From the NCBI GenBank assembly GCA_965228875.1, contig OZ245843.1, positions 434,001 through 498,000 of the forward strand: a stretch of 64,000 bases of DNA, given 5' to 3'. The position numbers and the translations under genes were made by a program. Shown here piece by piece: positions 9,453-20,747 of the stretch. Each line of letters starts with the position of its first letter. Positions within the stretch are counted from its first letter, which is position 1. This DNA comes from Thalassobaculaceae bacterium. Lineage in GTDB: Bacteria > Pseudomonadota > Alphaproteobacteria > Thalassobaculales > Thalassobaculaceae. The notes below the pieces were generated by a model. The model made no database searches. It saw only the letters and a program-made list of their open reading frames with translations, and was not told the origin of the DNA.

Positions 9453-10361
9453 ATGTTCGATCTCGACGCGCTTGCCGCCTGTCTGTCGACCTCGGCGTGC
9501 CTGGTGAACCAGGCCACCAGCGGGCTGATCATCGGCATGCTGCTCTTCCTGGTGGCCTCCGGGGTCACCCTGATCTTCGGCGTGCTCCACGTCATCAATT
9601 TCGCCCATGGCAGCTTCTACATGGTGGGCGCCTACTTCGCGTATACCGCCTACCACGTCACCGGGAACTACTTCCTGGCGGCGGCGGTCGGGGCGGTCGG
9701 CGCCGGGTTGTGCGGCATCCTGTTCGAACGACTCATCATCAGTCGGGTCTACGGGCAGAACATCCTGATGCAACTGCTGGTCTGCTACGCGTTCATCCTG
9801 ATCGTCGACGACCTCGTGAAGATCATCTGGGGAGCGGAGTATCTGGCGATGGGCATTCCGGCGGAGTTCCGCCTGCCGCCGTTCCGGGTCGCGGGCGGGT
9901 TCGTGCCGCCGTTCTATCTGTTCCTCGTGGCCATCGCGGTCGCCATCGGCGTCGGGTCCCTGCTGATCGTCACCAAGACCCGCTTCGGCAAGATCGTCCG
10001 GGCCGCGGCCCTGAACGCGTCGATGGTCTCGGCGCTCGGCATCCGGGTGAACCTCTACTTCGCCCTGCTGTTCGGCTTCGGCTGCGCGCTCGCCGGCGTC
10101 GCCGGGGCGCTGGCGGCTCCGGTGCGGTCGCTGACCCCGGGTATGGGCCTCGGCATCCTGGTCGAGAGTTTCATCGTCACCGTGATTGGCGGCATGGGTT
10201 CGATACCGGGCGCGTTCCTGGCGGCGATCATCCTCGGGCTGACCCGCTCGATCGGCAGCGTCGGCTTTCCGCTGTTCGTCGACGGCGCGATGTTCCTGAT
10301 CATGGCGCTGGTGCTGATCTTCCGTCCGACCGGCCTGCTCGGCCAGGGAGCGCTGCGATGA
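9453..10361 (+). CDS. LivH-type ABC permease
   Basis: GVTLIFGVLHVINFAHGSFYM, IGGMGS, RPTGLLG. Confidence 0.92.
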   Translation: MFDLDALAACLSTSACLVNQATSGLIIGMLLFLVASGVTLIFGVLHVINFAHGSFYMVGAYFAYTAYHVTGNYFLAAAVGAVGAGLCGILFERLIISRVYGQNILMQLLVCYAFILIVDDLVKIIWGAEYLAMGIPAEFRLPPFRVAGGFVPPFYLFLVAIAVAIGVGSLLIVTKTRFGKIVRAAALNASMVSALGIRVNLYFALLFGFGCALAGVAGALAAPVRSLTPGMGLGILVESFIVTVIGGMGSIPGAFLAAIILGLTRSIGSVGFPLFVDGAMFLIMALVLIFRPTGLLGQGALR

Positions 10362-11371
10362 CCCTGTTTGTGGAGTTCCGCCGCGACCTCGTGATCGCGG
10401 CCCTGGCGCTCGTCGTGCTGTTGGTGATCGGTCTCGGCTTCGACTACGCCTGGCCGCGCGATTTCCTCACCTCGATCTTCGCCGCCGGCCTGCTGGCGAT
10501 GTCGCTCAACATGCTGATCGGCTATGCCGGACTGGTCTCCTTCGGCCATGCCGCGTTCTTCGCGCTCGGCGGTTACATCTTCGGCCTGCTGCTGCAGTGG
10601 GAGGGGTTCATCGCCGTGCTCGGCGCCGGTTCGGTGCCGGTCGCGCTGGTCGCCGCGGTCGTCGGTACCGGCCTGTACTCCGTCGTGATCGGCGCGATCT
10701 GCGTGCGGCTGACCGAGATCTACTTCGCCTTCCTGACGCTCGCCTTCCAGATGTTTCTGTACAGCGTGATCCTGAGCTGGGTCGACCTGACCGGCGGCGA
10801 TCAGGGCCTGATGGGCGGCATTCCGCGGCCGGTGTTCCTCGGCATCGATCTCGCCGACCAGTATCACCGCTACGCGTTCTGCGCGGTGCTGTTCGTGGTC
10901 TGCGTGATGATCATGCGGGTGATGACCGAGAGTCCCTTCGGCTACACCCTGCGGATGATCCGCGACAATGCCACCCGCGCCGCCTTCCTCGGTGTCAACG
11001 TGACCCGGGTGAAGCTGATCTGCTTCGTCGTCTCGTCGTCGATTGCCGCCGTGGGCGGTGTGATCCTCGCCCTGTTCACCTCCGGCGCCTATCCGGAGTG
11101 GGCGTTCTGGGCACAGTCGGGCGAGGCGATCTTCATGATCATGCTCGGCGGGCTGAACGTGTTCCTCGGGCCGATCCTCGGCGCGGTGGCGCTGCGGATC
11201 CTGAACGACGTGGTGCAGATGTACACCACCCATACCGAGGTGGTGATCGGCGTGGTGATCCTGTTCGTCGTGCTCGGCCTGAGGCGCGGCATCCTCGACT
11301 TCGCCAAGGATTGGTGGGTCGAGCGGCAACAGGCGCGGCTGGCCGCGGAAAACCGGAACGGACGGGAATGA
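10358..11371 (+). CDS. LivM-type ABC permease
   Basis: GYAGLVSFGHAAFF, LTGGDQG, LGG..GPILGA; ATGA overlap. Confidence 0.92.
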   Translation: MTLFVEFRRDLVIAALALVVLLVIGLGFDYAWPRDFLTSIFAAGLLAMSLNMLIGYAGLVSFGHAAFFALGGYIFGLLLQWEGFIAVLGAGSVPVALVAAVVGTGLYSVVIGAICVRLTEIYFAFLTLAFQMFLYSVILSWVDLTGGDQGLMGGIPRPVFLGIDLADQYHRYAFCAVLFVVCVMIMRVMTESPFGYTLRMIRDNATRAAFLGVNVTRVKLICFVVSSSIAAVGGVILALFTSGAYPEWAFWAQSGEAIFMIMLGGLNVFLGPILGAVALRILNDVVQMYTTHTEVVIGVVILFVVLGLRRGILDFAKDWWVERQQARLAAENRNGRE

Positions 11372-12165
11372 TGAGTGACGTGGGAAGCCTGAAGGACCGC
11401 ATCGCGGTCGTGACGGGCGGGGCCAGCGGCATCGGTGCCGCCTGTGCCCGGGTGATGGCGGCGCGCGGGGCGCGCGTGGTCGTCGCCGACGTGAACGAAG
11501 AGGCTGCCGCCAAGGTCGCCGCAGAGATCGGCGGTGTCGGCTACGCCGTCGACGTCCGCGACGCCGACGCGATCGAGGCCCTGGCCGAGAAGAGCGAGCG
11601 CGAGGTCGGCCCGACCGACATCCTGGTGACCTCCGCCGGCGTTGTGCAGCCACCGCTGCCGCCGGAGGAGTTGTCGCAGGAGCTGTTCGACAACGTGATC
11701 GCGGTCAACCTGCGCGGCACCTATCTCTGCGCCAAGGCCTACGGGCTGCGGATGCTGACGCGGCGCGGTGGGTCCATCGTCACCATCAGCTCGGTCACGG
11801 CCGAGCGGTCGGTGCCGCTGCACGCCTACGCGCCGAGCAAGGCGGCGGTGACCAACCTGACCATGGGGCTCGCTGCGGAGTGGGGCAGGGCCGGTATCCG
11901 CGTCAACACGGTGGAGCCCGGCTACACCCGCACGCCGGCGCTGCAGGATCAGATCGATCGCGGTCACCGAGACCCGTCGCTGCTGGAGGAGAACTCCACC
12001 CTTGGCCGTCTGGTCGAGCCGGAGGAGATCGCCAAGGCGGTCGCCTTCCTCGCCTCGGACGAGGCCTCGGCGGTCACCGGCATCGCCATGCCGGTCGATG
12101 TGGGTTTCTTCTGCGCCGGATCCTGGCATCCCTATGGCGGCGTGCGCCGCAGGGGGAACCGCTGA
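11368..12165 (+). CDS. Short-chain dehydrogenase/reductase
   Basis: TGGASGIG, YAPSK, GIRVN..PG. Confidence 0.92.
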   Translation: MMSDVGSLKDRIAVVTGGASGIGAACARVMAARGARVVVADVNEEAAAKVAAEIGGVGYAVDVRDADAIEALAEKSEREVGPTDILVTSAGVVQPPLPPEELSQELFDNVIAVNLRGTYLCAKAYGLRMLTRRGGSIVTISSVTAERSVPLHAYAPSKAAVTNLTMGLAAEWGRAGIRVNTVEPGYTRTPALQDQIDRGHRDPSLLEENSTLGRLVEPEEIAKAVAFLASDEASAVTGIAMPVDVGFFCAGSWHPYGGVRRRGNR

Positions 12166-12923
12166 TGTTGCGCCTCGAGAACGTGGTCAAGTCGTTCGGC
12201 GGCGTGGTCGCCACCAATGACGTGTCGCTGACCTTTCCGACCGGCTCGTTGAGCGCGGTGATCGGACCCAACGGCGCCGGTAAGACGACGCTGTTCAACC
12301 TTGTCACCGGGCACCTGGTGCCGGACAGCGGTCGGATCCTGCTTGGCGAGGAGAACATCGCTGGGCTGGCGCCGGTCGACATCGTGCGCAAGGGCGTCGG
12401 GCGGGCCTTTCAGGTCGCCAGCATCTTCCCGACCATGACGGTCGAGCAGTCGCTGATGTGCGCGGTCGCCTCCCACATGCACACGTCGGAAGCGATGCTG
12501 TCCGCCTTCCCGCCGCCGGCGGTGCGGCAGCGAACCGAGGAACTGATCGACCTGCTCGACATGGGACCGGTCGCCCGCCTGCTGAGCGCCAACATCTCCC
12601 ACGGCGACCAGAAGCTGCTGGATATCGGGCTGGCGCTGGCGCTGGAGCCCAGCGTGCTGATGCTGGACGAGCCGACCGCCGGCATGGGACCGGAGGAACG
12701 CTGGCAGATGATCGGCACGGTACGCCGGCTCTGGGAGCAGGGTGATATGACGCTGATCTTCATCGAGCACGACATGGACATCGTCTTCGAGGTCTCCCAG
12801 GAGATCCACGTACTGAGCTACGGGTCGGTTCTGGCCCAGGGAACGGCCGACGACATCCGCAGCCATCCGGACGTCGTCGAGGCCTACCTCGGGACGGAGA
12901 TGTCCGAGGAGGCGCCGGCATGA
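12165..12923 (+). CDS. LivG-type ABC ATPase
   Basis: GPNGAGKTT, LDEPTAGM, IEHDM, EAYLG. Confidence 0.92.
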   Translation: MLRLENVVKSFGGVVATNDVSLTFPTGSLSAVIGPNGAGKTTLFNLVTGHLVPDSGRILLGEENIAGLAPVDIVRKGVGRAFQVASIFPTMTVEQSLMCAVASHMHTSEAMLSAFPPPAVRQRTEELIDLLDMGPVARLLSANISHGDQKLLDIGLALALEPSVLMLDEPTAGMGPEERWQMIGTVRRLWEQGDMTLIFIEHDMDIVFEVSQEIHVLSYGSVLAQGTADDIRSHPDVVEAYLGTEMSEEAPA

Positions 12924-13636
12924 GCGGCGACACGATTCTGAGCGTCGAGAGCATCGACGTGTTCTATGGCGCCTCGAAGATCCTGTTCGGCGTCGATCTC
13001 GCGGTCGAGCGCGGACGGACGCTGGCACTGCTTGGACGCAACGGGGCCGGCAAGAGCACGACCCTGAAGGCGATCGCCGGCATCGCCAGGCCGCGGAGCG
13101 GGCGGATCAATCTCTCGGGGACCGACCTGTCCGGGGCCCGTCCGGACGTGATCGCCCGGGCCGGCGTCGGCTACGTGCCGGAGGATCGGCAGGTGTTCGC
13201 GATGCACAGCGTCGAGGACAACCTGATGATCGGTACCAAGCGCGGCGTGCGAGGCCAGGAGGATTGGACCCTGGAACGGGTCTACGACACCTTTCCGATC
13301 CTGGCGCGCATGAAGGACCGCAAGGCCGGGCTGATGTCCGGCGGCGAACAGCAGATGCTCACCATCGCCCGCACGCTGATGGGCAATCCAGAGGTGCTGC
13401 TGCTCGACGAGCCGTCGGAAGGTCTGGCGCCGATCATCGTTCAGGCCATCGGCGACCTGATCCGCACGTTGCGGGAGACGGGGGTGACCATCGTCCTCGC
13501 CGAGCAGAACATGCACTTCTGCCTCGGGATTTCGGAGGATGCGGCGGTGATCGACAAGGGACACATCGTCTTTCGCGACACGATCGCCGCCCTGCGCGCC
13601 AACGAGGAGGTGACGAAACGCTATCTCGCGATCTGA
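12920..13636 (+). CDS. LivF-type ABC ATPase
   Basis: GRNGAGKST, MSGGEQQML, DEPSEGLAP, EQN. Confidence 0.92.
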   Translation: MSGDTILSVESIDVFYGASKILFGVDLAVERGRTLALLGRNGAGKSTTLKAIAGIARPRSGRINLSGTDLSGARPDVIARAGVGYVPEDRQVFAMHSVEDNLMIGTKRGVRGQEDWTLERVYDTFPILARMKDRKAGLMSGGEQQMLTIARTLMGNPEVLLLDEPSEGLAPIIVQAIGDLIRTLRETGVTIVLAEQNMHFCLGISEDAAVIDKGHIVFRDTIAALRANEEVTKRYLAI

Positions 13637-13640
13637 CGGC

Positions 13641-14282
13641 TCAGGCGTCGTTGAACAGTCCGCGACTCAGCACCTTCATGTAGGCGCGGATCACATGCTC
13701 GGGCACCGGGCCGGCGTGGCCGCTGGCATCCCGAGCGTAGCGCATGGCGATGTAGGCGCGGGCGGCCAGCAGCATGTAGATGACCGCCTCGAGTTCGTCG
13801 TCGTCGAAGCCGCTGATCTCGCCACGGGCCACCGCCCTGCCGAGGGCGCCCTTGTAGCCGTCCACCAGGATGCGGAAATGCTCGGCATGGGCTTCCGGAG
13901 CGAACACTTCGGCCTCGTAAAGGATCCGGTAGAACGCCGGATGCGAGTCCAGGTACTCGAAGAAGGCCCGCAGCCTCGCTTCCTCTCGGGCGGGGCCTGT
14001 GAGGCCGCGGGGCAGGGCGGCGGCGATGTGGTCGAGCATCTGACGGCCCATGTGCGGCAGAAGCTTGTTCAAGACATCTTGGCGTGATTCGAAATAATTG
14101 TAGAACGTTCCCTGTGCGACGCCAGCAAGTTGGGTAATCTTCGATATGGAGGCGTCGGCGTATCCATCGCTTCCGACGACCTGTGCTGCCGAGTCTAGCA
14201 AGATTCTGTAGGTCTCCCGCGCCTTTTCCTCGCGAGACATGCGGCGACTCGGGGTGTTGGGTAGTGGAATTGACTTGGACAT
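13641..14282 (-). CDS. TetR-family regulator
   Basis: ITQLAGVAQGTFYNYFES HTH. Confidence 0.92.
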   Translation of the reverse strand: MSKSIPLPNTPSRRMSREEKARETYRILLDSAAQVVGSDGYADASISKITQLAGVAQGTFYNYFESRQDVLNKLLPHMGRQMLDHIAAALPRGLTGPAREEARLRAFFEYLDSHPAFYRILYEAEVFAPEAHAEHFRILVDGYKGALGRAVARGEISGFDDDELEAVIYMLLAARAYIAMRYARDASGHAGPVPEHVIRAYMKVLSRGLFNDA

Positions 14283-14380
14283 TGACGGAAATCTGATCTC
14301 ATCATTGTTTTCTCTTCATCCTATATTGATGGTGGCGTGTCAAGTTTCACGGCGATTCTTGTGATCCGCCGGACCCGGCG

Positions 14381-14806
14381 TCAGCACCCGGCGGCACAGT
14401 TGCGGTCCGACGCCGCGTCCTCGCCGGCAGCCAGGCCGTCGAGGATCGGGCAGTCGGGGCGGCCGTCGCCGTGGCAGCGCGCGACCAGATCGGAGAGAGT
14501 CGCGCGCATCGCCTCCAACTCGCCGATCTTGCGATCGATGCTCGCCAGATGCTCCTGGGCCACGCGCTTGACGTCGGCGCTGGCGCGGTCGCGATCCGCA
14601 TAGAGGTCGAGCAGGGCGCGGCAGTCTTCAATGGTGAAGCCGAGGGAGCGGGCGTGGGCGAGGAAGGTGAGCCTGTGCAGGTCCGCCACCTGGAACGCCC
14701 GGTAGCCATTGGCGCTGCGTGTGGGGTGGATCAGGCCGATCTCCTCGTAGTAGCGGATCGTTTTCGCCGGCAGGCCGCTGCGCGCGGCGACATCGCTGAT
14801 GTTCAT
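14381..14806 (-). CDS. cueR: Cu(I)-responsive MerR-family regulator
   Basis: MNISDVA..GLPAKTIRYYEEIGL; metal loop CHGDGRPDCP; divergent from copA. Confidence 0.93.
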   Translation of the reverse strand: MNISDVAARSGLPAKTIRYYEEIGLIHPTRSANGYRAFQVADLHRLTFLAHARSLGFTIEDCRALLDLYADRDRASADVKRVAQEHLASIDRKIGELEAMRATLSDLVARCHGDGRPDCPILDGLAAGEDAASDRNCAAGC

Positions 14807-14828
14807 CGCTGTCACTTCCGATCGGGTG

Positions 14829-14859
14829 TTGACCTTCCTGTAACTGGAAGCCCCATTTC
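14829..14859 (+). promoter_or_regulatory. CueR-type promoter/operator
   Basis: TTGACC -35 overlapping ACCTTCC-N7-GGAAGCC (consensus ACCTTCC-N7-GGAAGGT). Confidence 0.85.
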
Positions 14860-14886
14860 AGATGCCGGTCAAGTGGTGAGGGACGG

Positions 14887-17205
<2,319 letters not shown>

Positions 17206-17306
17206 CGCGTGGGCCTCCAACCGCAGCACGACCGGAGAGAAGTACCCGGTCGTGTAGATCGGCTCCGCCTTCGATAGGGCGGTGCGCGGTTTCGGTCGGG
17301 AAGCGA

Positions 17307-17834
17307 TCAGCGGATGAATTGATCGACGTAGTCGGCTCCGAGCCCGACCGCCTCGAAATGCGCGCGGCAAAGGTCGATCTTGGTGAAGACGTCCTCATAG
17401 CCGAGCGGCTTGCCCCAGGGGTCGACGTAGTACATGACGCCGTTGACCTGGAAGTAGGTGATCATCTCGTCGACATCTTCCGGCACGACGAGCGTGTGGG
17501 TCTCGCCCGGCGGTTCGAAGACGTACCCGCCCTCGACCGCCTCCCAGTCGTGCTCGAGATAGTGCCAGCGCCCCTTGAGCACGAATCCGTGGACGGCGTT
17601 GGGGTGACGGTGACGCGAGAGGAACCCCGATTTCGTCACCCGCAGCAGGTTCATCCAGTAGCCCTGCGAGGCGTTCAGGCAGAGCGGCCGGAAGTAGACA
17701 TTCTCGGCCTGCTTCACCCAGAGCCGGTCGTCGTCCGGGATCGCCTGGGGAACCACGATCTCCGCCTGGGCGTTGCGTGGCATCGGCAGCTGGTAGGGCA
17801 GGAGCGGGTCGGTGTCGGTCGCTTCCAAGGGCAT
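17307..17834 (-). CDS. Cupin dioxygenase, 2,4'-dihydroxyacetophenone dioxygenase family
   Basis: RHRHP..VHG..L.G.W.YLEHDW, FEPPGETHTL; RBS AAGGAG. Confidence 0.8.
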   Translation of the reverse strand: MPLEATDTDPLLPYQLPMPRNAQAEIVVPQAIPDDDRLWVKQAENVYFRPLCLNASQGYWMNLLRVTKSGFLSRHRHPNAVHGFVLKGRWHYLEHDWEAVEGGYVFEPPGETHTLVVPEDVDEMITYFQVNGVMYYVDPWGKPLGYEDVFTKIDLCRAHFEAVGLGADYVDQFIR

Positions 17835-17880
17835 GGCGTATCTCCTTTGTTGTTTAGCACCACCTGGCGGTGGCGTGCCG

Positions 17881-18594
17881 TCACATCGCGGCGTATCCGC
17901 CGTCCACGTTGAGGATCGTTCCGGTGATGAACGAGGCGGCGTCGCTCGCCAGGAACAGAGCCGGACCGGCGAGCTCCTCCGGCCGACCCCAGCGCGCCAG
18001 GGGCGTGCGGCCGGTGATCGCGGCATCGCGCTCGGGGTCGGCTCGGAGCCCCGCGGTCAGCGGTGTGGCGATCCAGCCCGGGGCGAGGGCGTTCACGCGG
18101 ATTCCGTCGCCCGCATAGGCGATCGCCAGGGATTTTGTGAGCTGGGCGACCCCACCCTTGGACGCGGAATATCCGGGCACCAGTCCACCGCCGAAGTAGC
18201 TCAGCATCGAGGCGATGTTGATGATGCAGCCTCCGCCGCTGGCGAGCCGGTCGCGCAGGGCGGCGCACATGCGCATGGTGCCGTTCAGGTTGATGTCCAC
18301 GACGTCGGCGAAGACCTCCGGGCGTAGCTCGTCGCCCCGGCGGATCACCCCGGCCGCGTTGACCAGCACATCGACGCGCTCGAAATCCTGCGCGAATTCG
18401 GCGACGGCCGAGGGGTCGGCAACGTCGAGCTGGCGGAATGACAGGCCGGCTTCTCCCTGCGGCAGGGTGCCGAGCCCCGCCGCCGTCACGCGGTAGCCCG
18501 CCGTCGCGAACCCACGCGCGATGGCGAGTCCGATTCCGCTGGTGCCGCCGGTGACGACCGCCTGTGCGCTGCGCTGGTGCGGAGGAGTTGACAT
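17881..18594 (-). CDS. Short-chain dehydrogenase/reductase
   Basis: TGGTSGIG, YSASK, RVNALAPG, VDGGY. Confidence 0.92.
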   Translation of the reverse strand: MSTPPHQRSAQAVVTGGTSGIGLAIARGFATAGYRVTAAGLGTLPQGEAGLSFRQLDVADPSAVAEFAQDFERVDVLVNAAGVIRRGDELRPEVFADVVDINLNGTMRMCAALRDRLASGGGCIINIASMLSYFGGGLVPGYSASKGGVAQLTKSLAIAYAGDGIRVNALAPGWIATPLTAGLRADPERDAAITGRTPLARWGRPEELAGPALFLASDAASFITGTILNVDGGYAAM

Positions 18595-18665
18595 ATGTCG
18601 GTTTGTCCATATTATGGATAATATTCTATATTATGAACATGCGCTTTCCGACGGCGATGTGTCAA
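18588..18665. promoter_or_regulatory. Divergent promoters with tandem IclR-type operators
   Basis: TCCATA-T-TATGGA (18606-18618) and TCTATA-T-TATGAA (18625-18637); TTGACA on plus (18588) and minus (18665). Confidence 0.6.
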
Positions 18666-18692
18666 CAGGATCCACCCGCGGGGAGGGCAGTC

Positions 18693-19457
18693 ATGGCGGG
18701 CAAGACGGTTCAGGGCGCGCAGAGCTTCTCGCGGGGGATGGCGGTGTTGCAGGCGATCGCCGACAGCGACCGGCCGCCGGGCGTCGGCGATCTCGTCCGG
18801 TCTGTCGCGTTGAGCCGGCCGACCCTGTACCGCATCCTCGCCGCGCTCGAGGTCGAGGGCTTGGTGCGCCAAATGGCCGGCCGACGCTACCTGCTGGGCA
18901 CGCGGCTGATCGGGCTCGCTCATCGGGCGCTGGCTCAGCATGACATCCGGTCTCACGCCCGCGACGCGATGACCGCGCTTCGGGACTCGACGGGGGAGAC
19001 CGTGCACCTCGCCGTGCGGGACCGCGAGGAGATGGTCTATATCGACAAGATCGAGAGCCTCGAGGTGGTGCGGATGGCGTCCACCGTCGGCACCCGGGTG
19101 CCGTTCCACACCAGCTCCGTCGGCAAGGCCTATCTGGCGGCCCTGCCACTGGAGGAGGCCGAGGCTCTGATCGACCGCCTGACCCTGACCCCGGTGACAG
19201 AGCGCTCGGTGGGCGACCGGAGAACTCTCCGCGATGCGGTAGAGAGGGCGCGCAAGCGTGGCTACAGCGCGGACGAGGAGGAGAACGAGACCGGCATCGT
19301 CTGTTTCGGTGCGGCGATCCGCGACGCCTCGCAATGCCCGGTGGCCAGCGTCAGCGTCTCGGTGCCGACCTTCCGGTTGCGGGACGAGGCCGAGCTCTAC
19401 TGGCGGCCGCTGGTCGAGCAGTGCGCGGCGGTGTCCCGGCGCCTGGGCGCCGGCTGA
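18693..19457 (+). CDS. IclR-family regulator
   Basis: LSRPTLYRIL..L, TGETVHL, G.RVPFHTSSVGKA, GYS.DEEE. Confidence 0.93.
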   Translation: MAGKTVQGAQSFSRGMAVLQAIADSDRPPGVGDLVRSVALSRPTLYRILAALEVEGLVRQMAGRRYLLGTRLIGLAHRALAQHDIRSHARDAMTALRDSTGETVHLAVRDREEMVYIDKIESLEVVRMASTVGTRVPFHTSSVGKAYLAALPLEEAEALIDRLTLTPVTERSVGDRRTLRDAVERARKRGYSADEEENETGIVCFGAAIRDASQCPVASVSVSVPTFRLRDEAELYWRPLVEQCAAVSRRLGAG

Positions 19458-19546
19458 TCCGTCGACGACCCGCCCCATCGCCTCTTGCATCGAGGGGCGC
19501 CAGGTGGATGGTGGGGTGAAACGGAACCGTCGGGAGGAGTGGGTCC

Positions 19547-19942
19547 ATGGGTTTCACCATCGACCGGATCGATCACGTCGTCATCAACTGCAGCGATCTG
19601 GAGACCACGGTCGCCTGGTATCAGCGCGTGCTGGGGATGGCGCGGGAGGAATTCGCCTACGGCGACCACACCCATGTCGCCCTCACCTACGGTCGGCAGA
19701 AGTTCAACGTGCGTCCGACAGGCACCGCGCACTGGTGGAGCGTCGACAACGACGCTCCGGGCACGCTGGACATCTGCCTTGTGACCGAAACGCCGGTGGA
19801 CGATGTGGTCGCGCATCTGAAGACCTGCGGCGTCGAGATCGCGCACGGCCCGGTGGCACAGACCGGCGCGCTCGGCGCGATGACCTCGGTCTATTTCTAC
19901 GATCCCGACCGCAACCTGATCGAAGTGGCCGTCTACGGCTGA
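19547..19942 (+). CDS. VOC/glyoxalase family protein
   Basis: IDHVVI, GPV..TGALG..SVYFYDPDRNLIE. Confidence 0.88.
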   Translation: MGFTIDRIDHVVINCSDLETTVAWYQRVLGMAREEFAYGDHTHVALTYGRQKFNVRPTGTAHWWSVDNDAPGTLDICLVTETPVDDVVAHLKTCGVEIAHGPVAQTGALGAMTSVYFYDPDRNLIEVAVYG

Positions 19943-19955
19943 TCGCCGGTATCCG

Positions 19956-20747
19956 TCAGGCGGTCGGACCGAGCTCGATGATCGTCGGCCGACCGGTACG
20001 CGGATGGGTGACGATCTCGGTTTCCAGGTCGAACACATCGGCGAGACGGTCCGCGGTGAGGCCGCCCTCGACCGGTCCGTCGTAGACCGACCGTCCGTCG
20101 GCCAACACGATCAGCCGGTCGGCATAGGCGGCTGCCAGGTTCAGATCGTGAACGACGGCGATGGCGCCGTTACCGGCCTCGGCGAAGCGGCGGGCAATGC
20201 GCATCACCCGGTGCTGGTGCGCCGGGTCCAGGCTGGCGGTCGGCTCGTCCAGCATCAGCAGCTTGGCGCCGATCCGCGGGCTGGCCGCAAGCTGAACCAG
20301 GCATCGTGCCAGATGCACCCGCTGGCGTTCGCCGCCGGACAGCGTCGGGACCAGGCGGTCACGCAGATGCAGCACTCCCACCTGATCCATCGCGGTCTCG
20401 ATCATGTCGCCGATCCCGACCGGCGTGCCGGCGCTGGCGAGGCCGAGGCGCACGACCTCGAAGGCGGAGAAGTGAAACAGGAGGGAAGACGTCTGCGGCA
20501 GGACCGCCCGACGCAGGGCGAGTTCACGCGGCGCCAGGTTGCCGATCGGCGTCCCCTGCATCTCAACGGTCCCCGCGTCAGGACGGATCTCGCCGGACAA
20601 GGCGCCGAGCAGGGTCGATTTGCCGGCACCGTTGGGGCCGATGACCGCGACGAGTTCGCCCGGGACGACCCGCAGGCCGACATCCGACAGGATCCGGGTG
20701 TTGCCCAAACGCACGCCCAGCCCCTGACAGCGCAAGAGATCGCTCAC
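19956..20747 (-). CDS. hmuV: Heme ABC transporter ATPase
   Basis: GPNGAGKST, RAVLPQ, LSGGERQRVHLAR.L.QL, HDLNLAAAYAD; GTGA overlap. Confidence 0.9.
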   Translation of the reverse strand: MSDLLRCQGLGVRLGNTRILSDVGLRVVPGELVAVIGPNGAGKSTLLGALSGEIRPDAGTVEMQGTPIGNLAPRELALRRAVLPQTSSLLFHFSAFEVVRLGLASAGTPVGIGDMIETAMDQVGVLHLRDRLVPTLSGGERQRVHLARCLVQLAASPRIGAKLLMLDEPTASLDPAHQHRVMRIARRFAEAGNGAIAVVHDLNLAAAYADRLIVLADGRSVYDGPVEGGLTADRLADVFDLETEIVTHPRTGRPTIIELGPTA

